Positions 16,927 through 19,823 of a stretch of DNA of 19,823 nt are shown piece by piece. The notes under the pieces were generated by a model. That model did no database searches and was not told where the DNA came from. It saw nothing but the letters and a program-made list of their open reading frames with translations. The stretch covers positions 1 through 19,823 of the forward strand of contig JBGGMJ010000072.1 of the NCBI GenBank assembly GCA_041288095.1, given 5' to 3'. Numbering within the stretch: position 1 is the first letter of the stretch; the number at the start of each line of letters is the position of its first letter. This DNA is from Myxococcota bacterium (lineage in GTDB: Bacteria > Myxococcota > XYA12-FULL-58-9 > JALHOP01). The translations under genes were made by a program, and so were the position numbers.

Positions 16927-17963
16927 GTGTCGATGAGCATGGCGTCGCCGTACGAGAAAAAGCGGTAACGCGCCCGTACCGCCTCGGCGTAGGCGGCGAG
17001 CACCCGCTCCCTGCCCGCCAGCGCCGACACCAGCATGAGCAGCGTCGAGCGCGGGACGTGGAAGTTGGTGACGAGAGCGTCGGTCACGCGGAACTCGTAC
17101 CCCGGATAGATGAACAAACGCGAGCTGCCGCTGGGCTCGCCGGTCGCGGCCCACGTCTCGAGCGCCCTTAGGCTCGTCGTGCCGACCGGAACCACGCGCC
17201 CTCCCCGCTTCCGCGCGGCCTCGATGGCGCGAACGGTGGCTTCGGGAATGGCGTAGTGCTCGGCGTGCATCGCGTGAGCACGCACATCGCCGGCGTGTTC
17301 CTCGCGCACCGGCAAGAAGGTGCCCGCGCCGACGTGCAAGACGACCTCGGCACGCTCGACACCCGCGGCCGTGAGGCGTTCGAGCACGGCGTCGGTGAAA
17401 TGCAACGAGGCGGTCGGCGCAGCGACGGCTCCCGGCTCGCGCGCGAACACGGTCTGATAGTCCGCTGTATCGGACGCCACCGGCGCCTCGCGCTTGATGT
17501 ACGGCGGCAACGGCACCTCGCCGCGCTGCTCGAGCAACGGCCAGAGCGGTCCGTCGCCTTCGAGCATGGCGTTCGCACCCTCACGCGCCACGACACGCAA
17601 GGACACGCCGCCCGTGATCACCGTCTTGCCGACCTTGAAAGCATCGCCGGGTCGGCCCATCACCTCCCAGCGTGTCGCGGTTTCGAGCGCGCCTTGCGGC
17701 GACAGGAACAAGACCTCGACGCGTCCGCCGGTTGGCCGCTGGGCCTGCAAGCGGGCGGGGATCACCTTCGTGCGGTTCACCACCAGCAGGTCGCCCGCTC
17801 GCAAGAGCGTCGGCAGCTCGCCAAACACGTGGTGCGACACCGCTCCGCTGCTCCGGGACAACCGCAACAACCGACTGGCGTCACGCGGGCGCGCGGGCTC
17901 CTGCGCGATCAGCTCGGGCGGCAGGTCGTAGTCGAACAGCGAAAGCGGGAGTGCGTCGGCCAT
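16923..17963 (-). CDS. queA: S-adenosylmethionine:tRNA ribosyltransferase-isomerase
   Basis: FDYDLPPELIAQEP, DASRLL, NRTKVIPARL, PLPPYI, YQTVFA, GAVAAPTASLHF, LHVGAGTF, VGTTSLRALE, TNFHVPRSTL, YRFFSYGDAM. Start at ATG 17963. Confidence 0.97.
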   Translation of the reverse strand: MADALPLSLFDYDLPPELIAQEPARPRDASRLLRLSRSSGAVSHHVFGELPTLLRAGDLLVVNRTKVIPARLQAQRPTGGRVEVLFLSPQGALETATRWEVMGRPGDAFKVGKTVITGGVSLRVVAREGANAMLEGDGPLWPLLEQRGEVPLPPYIKREAPVASDTADYQTVFAREPGAVAAPTASLHFTDAVLERLTAAGVERAEVVLHVGAGTFLPVREEHAGDVRAHAMHAEHYAIPEATVRAIEAARKRGGRVVPVGTTSLRALETWAATGEPSGSSRLFIYPGYEFRVTDALVTNFHVPRSTLLMLVSALAGRERVLAAYAEAVRARYRFFSYGDAMLIDT

Positions 17964-18131
17964 GCAGCGGGTTGGCGGTATACGCTGACAGGTCGTCAGA
18001 AGGCCACGCATCACAATTTAGGTCAGCCGGGTATGTATCCGGACACAGACCCGTGCTGACGACTTCGAGGCGCCGCAATCGTCCTCGAGCGTCGTGCGTG
18101 TGTCCTGTCGTCCAAAGTCTAGGAGAAGCCT

Positions 18132-19274
18132 ATGCCGATCAACGCGCAAGGCGGCGTCGTCTATTTGGGCCGCACGGCCCCGCTCGCCGTCATCGGGTCC
18201 GGGCTCGCCGGTGAGCCGCCGGCCATCACCAAGCCCAAGCCGCTCACTGCCAACGTGGCCCAAGAACCGGCTCCCAAGCCGCAGGCCCCGAAGGCTCCGA
18301 CGACCCTGCCGACGGAGGGCGAGCCGCCACCAGCAGGCGCGCAGCCCGCCATGAGCCGGTCGGAGCTGGCCATTCGCCAAGCCATGCTCGGCAAGTCGCC
18401 CGGCAAGCTCGTGAGCACGTTGGTCGCTTGGCGCGCCCAGGGCGAGGACGGCGCCCGGAAGATCGATGAATTCGCCGCCGCCATGGCGCGCAACCTCGGC
18501 ATGAGCATCGACGACGCGCGCTTGCTCACCAACGCCATGAGTCTAGGGCTACTCGACAGCAGAGCGATCGCCGAGGGCATCAACGCACTGCGGACCATGG
18601 ACGGGTATCAGCGCGCCGACTGGATGAATCGCTGGTTGCCCGTGGCGCGCGCCGGCGCCCGAGCACTGCTCGCGCTCGCGGAAGATCCGGTCATGAAGTC
18701 ACTGGGTGCGACGCCCGCTATCGCGAACGCGCTCGGAGATCTCGCCGCCACCACGATCCTCATGGTCGACCGCAACAAGAAGCTGCCGCCGGGCACGACG
18801 CTCGAGGGGCGAGCCGAAGCGGCTCGCACGAAGACCATCGAGCGGGCGATGAAGCCGAACGGCTCCGCCTTGCTCATGGAAGCCGGCAAGGTCGGCGCCG
18901 GCGAAGCCGTGAACATGGACGCCCGCGAGGCGCTCGCGCACGACCTGATGGGCCGCTACAAGATCAGCATGGAGCTCGCGCTCCAGCTCGTCGACGCCAT
19001 GCGCAACAAGACGCAAGTCGGCCGCATGATCGCGGAAGGCATGCAGGAGCTCGAAAAGGTCGGTGGAGGGAACGGGGATTTCGCACCCTCTTTCTTCCAT
19101 CATGTCCAGAAGGCGCTCGCGGTCGAAGCCGCCATCGCGGCCGATCCCTTCAAGCGCGAGCTGGGACCTACCAACGAGGCCGAGATCATGCCGATCGCGA
19201 ACCTCGCCGACTTCATCGATCAGCTCGACTACTACGCGGCGGTGATCGCCGAGCGGCAAGCCGCCGCTGATTAG
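18132..19274 (+). CDS. Hypothetical protein with a Pro-rich N-terminus and two diverged ~95-aa helical repeats
   Basis: Strong RBS AGGAG 6 nt before the ATG; codon usage with G/C third positions; fills the gap between queA and the next gene. Internal duplication at an offset of 153-154 aa. Confidence 0.75.
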   Translation: MPINAQGGVVYLGRTAPLAVIGSGLAGEPPAITKPKPLTANVAQEPAPKPQAPKAPTTLPTEGEPPPAGAQPAMSRSELAIRQAMLGKSPGKLVSTLVAWRAQGEDGARKIDEFAAAMARNLGMSIDDARLLTNAMSLGLLDSRAIAEGINALRTMDGYQRADWMNRWLPVARAGARALLALAEDPVMKSLGATPAIANALGDLAATTILMVDRNKKLPPGTTLEGRAEAARTKTIERAMKPNGSALLMEAGKVGAGEAVNMDAREALAHDLMGRYKISMELALQLVDAMRNKTQVGRMIAEGMQELEKVGGGNGDFAPSFFHHVQKALAVEAAIAADPFKRELGPTNEAEIMPIANLADFIDQLDYYAAVIAERQAAAD

Positions 19275-19823
19275 TCGCGGCCGCGCGCGCGGCCGGGGTC
19301 CTCGCTATTCCACAGATACCAGCCGACGGCGCTGCTGGTGATTGCCAGAGCAGAGCTCACCAGGAGGCCGGTGGTCGCAACGCGATAGCGGTCGGACGCG
19401 CTCTCGGAAGCGCGCTGTAGGTCGGTGGCGTTGTAATCATGACGCGCGTCGATGGCGAGATAGGCGCTGGTCCCCGCCGCGGCGGCGAAAACACCCGAGA
19501 GCGCAAACAGCCAAGCGGCTCGTCGGTGAGCTAGCGTCCTTTCCGGATGCAAATCGACCGGCGAAAGCATGACCGACACACCACCGGTGCGATCGGCAAA
19601 GCCGCGGTAGTAGTCGACGCCGTAAGGCGATGCGAACAAGTCACTGTGGTAGGTCGCTTCGACGCTGCCACGCGCCGCATCACGCCTGGGCTCGAAGCGC
19701 AGCTCGGTGAACGCCAGCCCCTTCTGGCCGTCGACGCGCAAGCGGGCTTCGCTGTCGGCGGTGCGCACGAAGGCAAGCTGCGACGCCGGTAACAGAATGC
19801 GTGTCCTCGCCTGCGGGTCCGGG
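19271..19823 (-). CDS. C-terminal part of a hypothetical protein with two terminal hydrophobic helices (start lies beyond the right edge)
   Basis: The frame stays open upstream of the track's 19768 start to the window edge (PDPQARTRILLPASQLAFVRTAD...). Hydrophobic segments AAWLFALSGVFAAAAGTSAYLAI and TTGLLVSSALAITSSAVGWYLW. Its stop overlaps the convergent gene's stop (TTAG, 19271-19274). Confidence 0.65.
   Translation of the reverse strand, partial: PDPQARTRILLPASQLAFVRTADSEARLRVDGQKGLAFTELRFEPRRDAARGSVEATYHSDLFASPYGVDYYRGFADRTGGVSVMLSPVDLHPERTLAHRRAAWLFALSGVFAAAAGTSAYLAIDARHDYNATDLQRASESASDRYRVATTGLLVSSALAITSSAVGWYLWNSEDPGRARGRD

Noticed and set aside
15814-17963. tgt/queA as part of a 7-deazaguanine DNA-modification (dpd) defence system
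   Set aside because: The Tgt has canonical bacterial tRNA-modifying motifs, is coupled to queA in its housekeeping context, and no dpd genes are present.
18011-18019. TCACAATTT, also present in reverse at 12209-12217, upstream of both orphan plus-strand genes (CRP/FNR-like half-site)
   Set aside because: Only a half-site with no partner at the correct spacing. A single 9-mer match is insufficient evidence for co-regulation.
19271-19823. Assignment of the right-edge gene as a caspase-like (C14) or PEGA protein
   Set aside because: Only the C-terminal anchor region is visible; no catalytic or domain motif lies within the window.

Overview
GC-rich bacterial chromosomal window. Its gene content (DUF1592/DUF1552 pair, TPR protein with a WWFW-type C-terminal anchor coupled to a lipoprotein) suggests Myxococcota or a related group; this is an inference. 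Left to right: a partial lipoprotein and an exported TPR-like protein (-); a 28-bp perfect inverted repeat; a PAS sensor histidine kinase and an M16 peptidase (+); a ~240-nt highly structured non-coding element; a DUF1552 + DUF1592-family pair (-); secF-secD-yajC (-); a large soluble M48-like metalloprotease (+); a ferredoxin-dependent bilin reductase-like gene (-); tgt-queA (-); an orphan protein with an internal duplication (+); and a partial membrane-anchored gene (-). The main points of interest are (i) the structured intergenic element at 5118-5353, whose two halves appear to fold on opposite strands, (ii) a bilin reductase-like gene with no heme oxygenase or photosynthesis genes in the window, and (iii) the splitting of the queA-tgt-yajC-secD-secF operon by that gene plus an atypical protease. 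All calls are by-eye motif recognition; no searches or folding programs were run.
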